From contig CAVUQO010000003.1 of NCBI GenBank assembly GCA_963743635.1, positions 320,001-384,000 on the forward strand: 64,000 nt of DNA, in the 5' to 3' direction. Below, piece after piece: positions 1-9,263 of this stretch. Below the pieces are notes generated by a model. The model was not told where the DNA came from and did not search any database. It was given only the letters and a program-made list of their open reading frames with translations. The stretch's first letter is position 1; the number at the start of each line of letters is the position of its first letter. This stretch comes from Candidatus Babeliales bacterium. GTDB taxonomy: Bacteria; Babelota; Babeliae; Babelales; Vermiphilaceae. The position numbers and the translations under genes were made by a program.

Positions 1-1780
1 CGTCATATTTTCAAATGCATTAGTGATAATGCGCAACTTGCGAAATGGTCTGGCGGCGTTGCCAACGATTGGACAAATGTGCGGGCAACTGGTTCGATGG
101 TTAAAAGTATCAAAACCGAAAGTCAGGGCGTTATTCCATTTTTAAAAATTGCAAATGATACGACTGCTGCAATTAATCGCAGCGGAAGTCGTCGTGGTGC
201 AACAGTGTGTATATCTTGAAACGTGGCATTTGGATATCGAAGATTTCCTTGATTTGCGCCGAAATACGGGTGATGAACGTCGCCGTACGCATGATATTAA
301 TACCGCAAACTGGATTCCTGATTTATTCATGAAGCGCGTCATGAATAACGAAGACTGGACATTATTCTCTCCTGAAGAAGTGCCTGACTTACATCATATT
401 TACGGCAAAGCATTTGAAAAGCGCTATAAAGAATATGAAGTAATGGCACGTCGTGGTGAAATCTCAAAGCAAAAAACGATTTCAGCGCAAGCGCTGTGGC
501 GTAAAATGTTGAGTCGGCTTATTTGAAACAGGTCATCCATGGATGACGTTCAAAGATCCATGCAATGTTCGTTCACCGCAAGATCATGCGGGCGTGATAC
601 ACAGTTCAAATTTATGTACTGAAATTACGCTCAACACTTCAACAGATGAAACAGCGGTGTGTAATATTGGTTCGGTGAATCTTGGCCGTCACGTGATTGA
701 TGGTGTTCTTGATGAGCAGATGCTCGCAAAGACGGTTGAAACTGCAATGCGCATGCTTGATAACGTTATTGATATTAACTTTTATCCAACAATAGAAGCA
801 AAAAATGCGAACTTCCGGCATCGTCCTGTCGGTATTGGGCTTATGGGCTTCCAAGATGCATTGTATAAACTTGATATTGCATTTGATGCGCCTGAAGCAC
901 TCGAATTTTCAGATGAAATCATGGAACGTATTTCGTATCATGCTATTCTAGCATCATCACGCTTCGCAGCAGAACGTGGTGCTTATGAATCATACAAGGG
1001 TTCAAAGTGGGATCGTGATATGTTGCCGCAAGATACTATTGCATTGCTTGAGCAAGAACGTGGCGTATCGATTGATATTCAAAAGGGTGGCAAGCTTGAT
1101 TGGAAGCCAGTGCGCGATCACATTAAAGCAGCATGGCATGCGTAATTCAAACACCATGGCAATTGCACCAACCGCAACGATTTCAAATATTTCTGGATGT
1201 TTCCCGTGCATTGAGCCGATTTATAAAAACATGTATGTGAAAGCAAACATGAGCGGTGAATTTACCGTCGTGAATAAATATTTGGTTGAAGATCTCAAGA
1301 AATTGGGCATATGGGATACACGAAATGCTTGATGAAATTAAATATTTGATGGCAGTGTACAACAAATTGGTCGCATTCCAGCAAAAGATCAAAGCTAAAT
1401 ATAAAGAAGCATTTGAGATTGGATCCTGAATGGTTGCTGATGCTGACCGCGGTACGCTGCAAAATGGATTGATCAAAGTCAATCACATAACGTCTTTATG
1501 AAAGGCGTATCAGGTAAACAGCTCAATGATATTTATATTGCTGCATGGAAATTGGGACTTAAAAGTACCTATTATTTTAGAACGTTGAGTGCAAGTCAGG
1601 TTGAAAAATCGACGCTCGATGCGAAAAAATATGGCTACACTCAAAAGCGTCAGTATGAAACTCAAGAGAGTGCTGCGGCATCCTAGTTTTACAAGAAGCA
1701 ACAGTCGCATGAGCAAGAAACTACTGCAGGTAAAGCATGTAGTTTATCGTCAGATCCAGAATGTGAATGTATGTCAATAA
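1..1780 (+). CDS. nrdA: Ribonucleotide reductase class I alpha subunit, 3' part (5'-truncated by window; several apparent frameshifts)
   Basis: Consecutive ORF fragments carry NrdA motifs: [52 protein letters not shown], and a C-terminal Cys pair (ECE.CQ) before TAA at 1778-1780. Directly upstream of nrdB. Confidence 0.95.
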
Positions 1781-1797
1781 TATAAAAGAGGTTAAGC

Positions 1798-2801
1798 ATG
1801 GCTACAAAAGGTATATTAAATAATTCAAGCATAGATCCGAATAAAATATTGCCGATGAGATATTTATGGGCGCGTCAGCATTATAAAGATGGTGTTGCGA
1901 ATAACTGGACTCCCGAAGAAGTTTCAATGCAAAAAGATGTGGAACAATGGAAATCAAATACCGTATTAACTGAAACTGAACGTCGTTTAATTATGTGGAA
2001 TTTGGGTTTTTTTTCAACGGCAGAATCATTAACGGCAAACAATTTGGTATTCGCAGTATATAAGCATGTAACCAATCCTGAATGTCGCCAATATTTGTTG
2101 CGCCAGGCATTTGAAGAAGCGATCCACACCGATACCTTCATCTACTGCTGCGATTCATTGGGTCTTGATCCAGAGAAATTTATAACATGTATAACACCGT
2201 TCCTTCGATCAAGGAGAAAGATGATTTTGTAGTTAAATTAACTACTGCATTATTTGATCCTAATTTCAAAACCGAAACCATTGCGGATAAACGCAAGTTT
2301 TTACATGATTTGATTGGTTATTACGTGATCATGGAAGGAATCTTCTTCTATGCGGGCTTTGCGATGATGCTTGCATTAAAGCGTCAAAACAAGATGATTG
2401 GCATTGGCGAACAATTTGAATACATTATGCGTGATGAAAGTCTGCATCTTGCATTTGGTTGCGATTTGATTAATACCATCAAGGCTGAAAATCCTGAGAT
2501 ATGGACGCAAGAATTCCAAGACGAGCTTGTTGAGCTTATTAAACAAGCGGTCATTCTTGAAAAGGCGTATGCATTTGATGCATGTCCGCAAGGATTGCTT
2601 GGTATTAATGCGGAACAATTTTGCGAATATGTTGAATATATTGCCGATCGCCGCTTAGAGCGCATCGATTTGCCTAAAGTGTATGGTACGCTTAATCCGT
2701 TCCCATGGATGTCGCAAGCGACTGATTTAAGCAAAGAGAAGAACTTCTTTGAAACTCGGGTAACTGAGTATCAAACAGCCGGTTCTCTTGAATGGGAATA
2801 A
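1798..2801 (+). CDS. nrdB: Ribonucleotide reductase beta subunit, class Ic (Mn/Fe, Chlamydia-like); one apparent frameshift near 2175-2190
   Basis: Motifs [53 protein letters not shown], split over ORFs 1798..2232 and 2187..2801. Confidence 0.93.
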
Positions 2802-2837
2802 TCAGCGTGCGATAGCTCTATAGAGTGGAAAACATTG

Positions 2838-2871
2838 AGCCCCGGAGTGATTAAAGCTCCGGGGCTTTTTT
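2838..2871 (+). terminator. Rho-independent terminator after nrdB
   Basis: AGCCCCGGAG/CTCCGGGGCT stem followed by a T-run. Confidence 0.8.
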
Positions 2872-2901
2872 ATTTCTTAAATCTAATTTTCGGATAAGTG
2901 G

Positions 2902-3408
2902 TTATAAATTTGAAAAATAGCAGAACGTGATAGCGCCCACTGCTGCGAGTCCAGTACCCACGTTAATCATACTTTGTCTGAATTCTTGTTGTTGTTTATA
3001 TTCTTGTAATTTTTGCTGGCCTTCTGGCGAGAGAAGGTACTTTACTCTCTCTTCTTGCAAAGCAAGAGATGCCAATCTGAAACCAGCAGAGAATCTTTTT
3101 ATGGCGATATCCGGTTTTGCAAGCTTCGGGTCTATTGCAGGATTATGAAGGTAATGAATGAGCGCAGCTTGCGCTTGAATGATCGTGCTATTAAGACCAT
3201 GAAAATTAGTATGAGCATCAATTTTTTTTGGTATTTGGGCACAAAGTTGATTAATTTTTTCCTCATCTTGTTTGAGTGTTAATCCAGATGGAGCGAATGC
3301 GTTCTTGATTAAGAGGTCATTAGAGGAGGGTGTAGCCTCCATAGTCCAATTGGTATGATGTGTAGTAAGTAAGAGCACGATAAGAAGACGTGTATTTTGC
3401 ATAGGCAT
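2902..3408 (-). CDS. Hypothetical exported protein with C-terminal hydrophobic segment
   Basis: 168-aa ORF with AAGGA RBS, N-terminal hydrophobic stretch and C-terminal TM-like segment. Confidence 0.65.
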   Translation of the reverse strand: MPMQNTRLLIVLLLTTHHTNWTMEATPSSNDLLIKNAFAPSGLTLKQDEEKINQLCAQIPKKIDAHTNFHGLNSTIIQAQAALIHYLHNPAIDPKLAKPDIAIKRFSAGFRLASLALQEERVKYLLSPEGQQKLQEYKQQQEFRQSMINVGTGLAAVGAITFCYFSNL

Positions 3409-3471
3409 CCTTTGTTATGGTGAAGAATAAACGAGGATGATTGTAGCAAAATTATTGATGTTGGGATAGGC

Positions 3472-3780
3472 CTATTGCCGATTACGGCGTTCGTTTTTAT
3501 TCATTTCCCTATACGCATCTTGAATACATAGCTTTGCGATTACAAAAGCTGTCTGACAACAACATTGAATGCATTCAATCATTTCACCACACGTTGGCCA
3601 CGGAGATTCCCGATCAAGATAGAGATATGGAGTGGTGTTTTGATGATTCTCAGAATTTTCTTTGTGCTTGCTTTGAATAGATGGTGATTGGGCGCGCAGC
3701 CCGGACGCAGTCAATTGTGGTGGCATTCCGTGTGCCGCGGTACTCATTATTATGATGAACCCTACGAAATAATATCGCAT
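3472..3780 (-). CDS. Hypothetical small exported protein
   Basis: 102-aa ORF, signal peptide ending AAHG-M, G-rich RBS. Confidence 0.55.
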   Translation of the reverse strand: MRYYFVGFIIIMSTAAHGMPPQLTASGLRAQSPSIQSKHKENSENHQNTTPYLYLDRESPWPTCGEMIECIQCCCQTAFVIAKLCIQDAYREMNKNERRNRQ

Positions 3781-3864
3781 ACAATCCCCCCTGGTTCTAA
3801 TTCGCGAAGTCCCCTCGCGTATTTTTCACGTTTTTACTCACCATAGCGCATTGTGATTTCAAAA

Positions 3865-3895
3865 ATAAAGCCTCGGAGGAAATCCGAGGCTTTAT
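3865..3895. terminator. Hairpin terminator, probably for the phosphatase gene (- strand)
   Basis: ATAAAGCCTCGGA/TCCGAGGCTTTAT inverted repeat with A/T flanks. Confidence 0.7.
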
Positions 3896-3920
3896 CGTTC
3901 TTTTTGTAGCAAGATTTGTA

Positions 3921-5228
3921 TTAGGGAATTGGATTGGCCATATGCACCATCGTCCAATCCTTGAATTCTGGTGCCGTAGTTATTTTGGTGCATGAATCAT
4001 AGTTAAATAAGGGATCGCCCTTGATTGCGGGCGCTGAAAGAACGGTGTAAACCAAGCCTTCCCATAATGAGACGTTGCCTTTATGTTTGACCAACTCTTC
4101 TTGCATGACGCCGTAATGCTGGTGTCCACGCATGATCGCTTTAATGCGATGGTCTGAACCGCCATCACGATCTAAAATGTGTTTGGTTAAGTTTTGGCCA
4201 TATTTCCAGCCGCGACCATTCAGATATTCCAGTTCGCCATCCGGATCTTCAATGAGAAAATCATTCCACATATAGCCAAGCGGAACCGGATAGGTTGGCG
4301 TTTGAATGCCGCAATTGCACCGAGCGCGGGCAGGAACAATCTTTATGACTGCTTCTTGTAATACCTCAGGCAGCTCGTTGATTGCATCGGCACGATCCAA
4401 TGTTTTTATCGCCATTAAGGTAATATCATCAGATGCGGCGATCAGGGGAGTTGGGTTGGCGCCAATTTCAAGGCCGCCATGGCAACACATAATATAGGAT
4501 CTATTTTCTTCTGATCCTGAGCCGATATAGGCAACGGGTGGCCACATATCATAAAATCGGTAGAGTCTATCTGTTTCTTTAAATTGTTTGTATTCAAGCT
4601 CTGCTTTAAATCCCCCTTGAACATTCAAGCTCTGATCCTCATGATTCCCTCGTATGAGAACCACGTGGCCAGGGTTTGCGCATTTGAGCCTCATAATAAT
4701 GTAAAGGACTTCAAGGCCATAGCGTCCACGATCAACGCAATCGCCGAGGAATACCAGATAGGTGTTTGGTTGGGCGAGGGTAAAATCATCATTGAGATAG
4801 CCTTGCCCTTGAAGATCACGTAAGGTGCGGATGAAGGAATGGGCGCAACCATGAATATCGCCCCAAATAAAGAGGGTGCTTTCGGTGGGGACGATTACCT
4901 TGTGCATGTATGGTTTGAATTCAGACTTGCTCTCAGTATCGAAGAATGTTGCAGTATGCGGGGCATTGCCATTAACCCATTGGGTATCATCGAGCAACTG
5001 ATCTTTGGCCTGGATGACCGTTTTTTCAAGAAAGTGAAGGACGTCCTGCTCTGAGACAATGCTTGGATAACATCTATCAGCGCGCTCGGGATAAAGGGAT
5101 ATTAATTCATGCAAGAGCGAAAGGGAAACCGATTCTGGATTTGATGGGCTGTTTAAGGCAAGCAGGAGCACCGAGCTTGTGGCGAGGATGGTCCCAAAAA
5201 GAGATAGGGATTTAAAATTGGTTCTCAT
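3921..5228 (-). CDS. PPP-family (calcineurin-like) Ser/Thr protein phosphatase with N-terminal signal/anchor
   Basis: GDIHG, GDCVDRG, RGNHE, CCHGG, MWND, RGHQ and TVLSAP motifs in the correct order; hydrophobic N-terminus. Confidence 0.85.
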   Translation of the reverse strand: MRTNFKSLSLFGTILATSSVLLLALNSPSNPESVSLSLLHELISLYPERADRCYPSIVSEQDVLHFLEKTVIQAKDQLLDDTQWVNGNAPHTATFFDTESKSEFKPYMHKVIVPTESTLFIWGDIHGCAHSFIRTLRDLQGQGYLNDDFTLAQPNTYLVFLGDCVDRGRYGLEVLYIIMRLKCANPGHVVLIRGNHEDQSLNVQGGFKAELEYKQFKETDRLYRFYDMWPPVAYIGSGSEENRSYIMCCHGGLEIGANPTPLIAASDDITLMAIKTLDRADAINELPEVLQEAVIKIVPARARCNCGIQTPTYPVPLGYMWNDFLIEDPDGELEYLNGRGWKYGQNLTKHILDRDGGSDHRIKAIMRGHQHYGVMQEELVKHKGNVSLWEGLVYTVLSAPAIKGDPLFNYDSCTKITTAPEFKDWTMVHMANPIP

Positions 5229-5304
5229 AAGTATAAGCTCATGTTACATGGATATGACTATCGTAGACTGTCTGAGTTTCAGTATGCATGAAAACCAGGT
5301 TAGT

Positions 5305-5345
5305 AAAAAGCCCCCAGGTATGAAAACCCAGGGGCTATTTTTTAT
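5305..5345 (-). terminator. Probable terminator downstream of 5364..5834
   Basis: AGCCCC...GGGGCT stem flanked by A- and T-runs. Confidence 0.6.
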
Positions 5346-5363
5346 AACGAGCTTGGCTGCGTA

Positions 5364-5834
5364 TTACGCAGCAGCTGTAACGTTGTTCTTCAAAATTGCT
5401 TTTGCAGCGATTTTGCGGAATTCACGTTTTTCAAGCTTGCAAACGTTACCATTGTAGAATAAAGCTCTGTATGCGTTTCTGAAACGGCAGTCTTTAGAGA
5501 TTCTAGCGATAAGTTTGTTGATTTTTACTAGGGATTCATAAGCTTCTGTTGTACCTTGAGCGGCTAGTTCTGCTTGAGCATCTTTTTGAAGCTTAAGAAG
5601 AGCTGCTAGGTATTTAACTTTTTCAGCTTCTGTAGATTTACCAATGAAAGATGCAAGAACTGCGTTGTCGTAATTCTTTTTGTTTTTACCAAAGAAGTAT
5701 GCTTCTTGGTTGAAAACTTCAGATGAAATACCGAGTTTTGTAGCAACTAGGTTCGCCTGATTGTTTTTTGCGCTTGCGCTACCTGCTACCAACATGGCTA
5801 CAGAAAGAACTAGAGCGTTTGAAAGATTTTTCAT
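5364..5834 (-). CDS. Hypothetical basic secreted protein
   Basis: Classical signal peptide MKNLSNALVLSVAMLVAGSASA; Lys/Ala-rich helical body; GAGG RBS. Confidence 0.7.
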   Translation of the reverse strand: MKNLSNALVLSVAMLVAGSASAKNNQANLVATKLGISSEVFNQEAYFFGKNKKNYDNAVLASFIGKSTEAEKVKYLAALLKLQKDAQAELAAQGTTEAYESLVKINKLIARISKDCRFRNAYRALFYNGNVCKLEKREFRKIAAKAILKNNVTAAA

Positions 5835-6283
5835 ACACAACCTCATATTTAGGGTTAATGATTAAAATAACTAATTTCAATGGTATCATTTTTTTAATAC
5901 AAAGCAAGTATGATAGCGCCAGAAAGCCTTTATATAAGGACATTTTGTTACTCTTTGTATAATTTCTCTGTGTAATATTTTGTTTCTTTAGTCCCGGTAG
6001 AAGGGGCGATGCGCGCGTTGAAGCTTGCTCTCCTTGAGTCTTCTCTTACGGTCTATTATCCGATTCTGCATGAAATGTTTGATCGCGCTAAAAAACCTTA
6101 TTTTTAAACATTTTTTGAAATTGCGGTCACTTTATTTGGTTTCCTGAGGTCATCATAAATATATTTACTGAATCAACCATGCGCATTTATTGTAAAATAA
6201 AAGATCAAATAGAAAATTATTGCATCCAGGGAAGCCAATAGAGTAAGATGGTCCGTATAGGACACTCAATAAAAGGAGACGAT

Positions 6284-7447
6284 GTGAAGAAACTAATGGT
6301 TTTATGCGCAATCGGCGGTCTAGTCGCCATGTTCGGGACATCGCTTGTGGCAGACACTAAGATAGTGAGGATACCAAGGCCTCTTGGGGTTGCTGCTGAG
6401 GGATATATACCTGCCCAAGAGCAGCTTGAGTTGAATGATGACGAGACTCTTACGGTATCGACATTTGCAGAATTAATTAGGGAAAAGCAACAGCAGGGTT
6501 TGGCATTTATTATGGCGCGGGTGCTGACCAGAACTAATGAGGGATTGAATGTACATTATTTTGATGCTCATTCATTGAACAGATTATATGGCCAGTATCC
6601 TTTTAGCGTTGCTCAGCAAGTGAATGGTAAGATTGATCCCATTAATAGAGCTCCTATATTCTATATCCAATATTTCACGATCAGTACTATCAATGCTCCG
6701 GCATTTGAGTATTTATGTTCGGACTATGAGATACTCACTAATGCTCAAGATAATCTGTATAAACAGATTTTTTATGCAAATCAAAATGACAATCGTCAGT
6801 TGCAACTTCGTAGTCAGATCTTTCTTGCTCAGAGGTATCTGTTGGGAAATGGCGTAGAAAAGAATTATGCAACGGCGCGCCAGTATTTCGAGCAAATAGC
6901 AAATCAGAATGTTAATCCGGGGGCAGCAGCGGGAGCCAAACACTGTTTGGGGGAAATCTATTATAAAGGAAATGGGGTAGAAAAGAATTATGAAACGGCG
7001 CGTCAGTATTTCGAGCAAGCAGCAAATCAGAATGTTAATCCGGGGGCAGCAGCGATAGCCAAATACAATTTGGGAACAATCTATTATGAGGGAAATGGCG
7101 TAGATCAGGATTATGCAACGGCGCGCCAGTATTTCGAGCAAGCAGCAAATCAGAATGTTAATCCGGGGATAGCAGCGAGAGCAAAATACAATTTGGGAAC
7201 AATCTATTATGAGGGAAAAGGCGTAGATCAGGATTATGCAAGGGCGCGTAACTGGTATCAGCAGGTAATAGATTCTCAAAACATTGATGAGGCAGATAAA
7301 AATCGAGCGCGAGCAAAAATTGCTGAGATAGATAGGCTTGAGGCGGCTCAGGCATCGGGTGTAAAGCGTGAAGGTGAAGTGGCTGAAGAAAAAAACGTGA
7401 AGCGTCAAAAAATGAATAAAGAAAATGATAATAATAATAACAATTAA
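6284..7447 (+). CDS. Secreted Sel1-like repeat protein A (N-terminal U-box-like domain, 41-aa repeats, C-terminal NLS-like tail)
   Basis: AAGGAG RBS before GTG at 6284; signal peptide; LG.IYY.G.GV..DY..AR.YFEQAA Sel1 repeats. Confidence 0.85.
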   Translation: MKKLMVLCAIGGLVAMFGTSLVADTKIVRIPRPLGVAAEGYIPAQEQLELNDDETLTVSTFAELIREKQQQGLAFIMARVLTRTNEGLNVHYFDAHSLNRLYGQYPFSVAQQVNGKIDPINRAPIFYIQYFTISTINAPAFEYLCSDYEILTNAQDNLYKQIFYANQNDNRQLQLRSQIFLAQRYLLGNGVEKNYATARQYFEQIANQNVNPGAAAGAKHCLGEIYYKGNGVEKNYETARQYFEQAANQNVNPGAAAIAKYNLGTIYYEGNGVDQDYATARQYFEQAANQNVNPGIAARAKYNLGTIYYEGKGVDQDYARARNWYQQVIDSQNIDEADKNRARAKIAEIDRLEAAQASGVKREGEVAEEKNVKRQKMNKENDNNNNN

Positions 7448-7476
7448 AAGGGTGCCAAAAACATTAAGGGATAGGG

Positions 7477-9233
7477 ATGAAGAAAATAATAATTGGACGG
7501 ATGATCGGCGGTCTAGTCGCCATGCTCGGAACATCGCTCTGGGCAGACACCAAGATAGTGAGGATGCCGCCTACGACGCATATGCAGAGCAATGGATCGG
7601 ATCGATCTGAAGAGATGCTCGATCTTACCTTGGAAGATCCAATAATGCAGGAGCAATTTGCAGCACTCATTAATCAAAAGCAAGAGGAGGATCTTCCCTA
7701 TATTATTGTGCGCGTGGTGACGCAGGGCAATGGGCAGAATAATGTAGATTATGGTGATGCGCATGGTTTTAATAAGCTGTTCGGAGGATATCCCTTAAAA
7801 AGTTCTGCGCCTCTTTATAATTATAAGGCGCCGCATAATGGCTTACCGGTGCAGCAGGTAGATTATTTTATACTCAATGATGCTGATGAGGCATTTGAAT
7901 ATTTGTGTTCCTATTATGACTTAATGGTTGATCCGGAAAAAGAGGAGCATTACGCCAATTATTTGCCGCAAATCAAACTGAGAACCCTAAGTTGCACGTC
8001 AATGCACATATGCAGCTTGCAGCCAATAACGCTCTTGATCCAGAGATCTCGGCACAATCACAGTTACGATTGGGCGAAATGTACTATAACGGCACGTATG
8101 GCTTGGCAAAGCAGCATGGAAAGGCATCAGATTATCTGCAACAGGTTCTTGCCAATGAGCAGAATAATGCAGTGCTCATGCAACGTGCGCATGACATCTT
8201 GAGTCAGGTTCATTATGAAGGAACGCATGGTGCATCAAAAAATTATGAAGTAGCAGCCAATAGTTTAGAGTGGCTCCTTCAAAACGAAACTGATCCGATA
8301 CGGCTGGCAACGATGCTGCTGCGGCTTGGTATGATCTACTATTCAGGAAACTATGGGGTAGAGCAAGATTACGCAAAAGCACGTGTTTATTTTGAACAGG
8401 CTGCTGAGCAAACGGATGACACTGCCATTGCTGCATATGCAATGTATATGTTGGCGCAAATCTATTATCGCGGCTTGGGGCTTGAAAAAGATTATGCAAA
8501 GGCAACTCAGTATTTGGAGCAGATAGCATATGATGATCAGCTTGGAGATCTTGCGGCAAAAGCGCAGGTAATACTCGCTGAGATTTGCTACATCGGTGGT
8601 TATGGAGTGACGCGCGATTGTGGCAAGGCATGTGCCTATTGCTCGGAGGTAGCAGATACTGCGACAGATCCATCGGCATTAGCAGGAGCACAATATTGGC
8701 TTGGTGAAATACGTTATTTTGGTGACGATGCTGATGAGCCGAGCGAAGAAGATGCGTATGAATTATGGAAAGCGGTCGCCAACCAAGAAAATAATGAGCA
8801 AGCTGCGGCACGTGCCAATTATTGGCTCGGAACTTTATATTATGAAGGCAAAGGTGTGAGTAAAGATAATAAACTCGCCTTGCATCATTTTAAAAAAGCA
8901 GCATTTCAAAAAGCTGATCAATGGGCATCTGCTGAAGCACTCGGATGGCTTGGATGGGCATATTATGAAGGTGAACTTGTATCGCGCAGTTATAAACAGG
9001 CATCTAAATATTGGACTCAAGTAGCAAATCAGCAGCATAGTGCTGATGCATGTATCGATGCGCAGTTGGGGCTTGGCGAAATTTATTACGTCGGTGGTTA
9101 TGGTGTATCGAAAAATCACACGCAAGCGCGGCAGTATTACGAGCAAGTATTGGCAGTCGAAGATGCTGATCCTGCAGTTAAAGCAAATGTACGAGCAAAG
9201 CTTGATGCATTACAAAGTGTGAAAACAAAATAA
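7477..9233 (+). CDS. Secreted Sel1-like repeat protein B (apparent frameshift near 7960-7990)
   Basis: ORF 7477..8202 has the signal peptide and family N-terminal domain; overlapping ORF 7992..9233 has about 9 divergent Sel1 repeats. Confidence 0.8.
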
Positions 9234-9263
9234 TTAGATTGTATTAATAAAAAAGGAGAAACG

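Noticed and set aside
1..2801. Programmed frameshifting, introns/inteins or pseudogenisation of nrdAB
   Set aside because: No inserted sequence; the shifts are numerous single-base events in conserved coding sequence, best explained as sequencing error.
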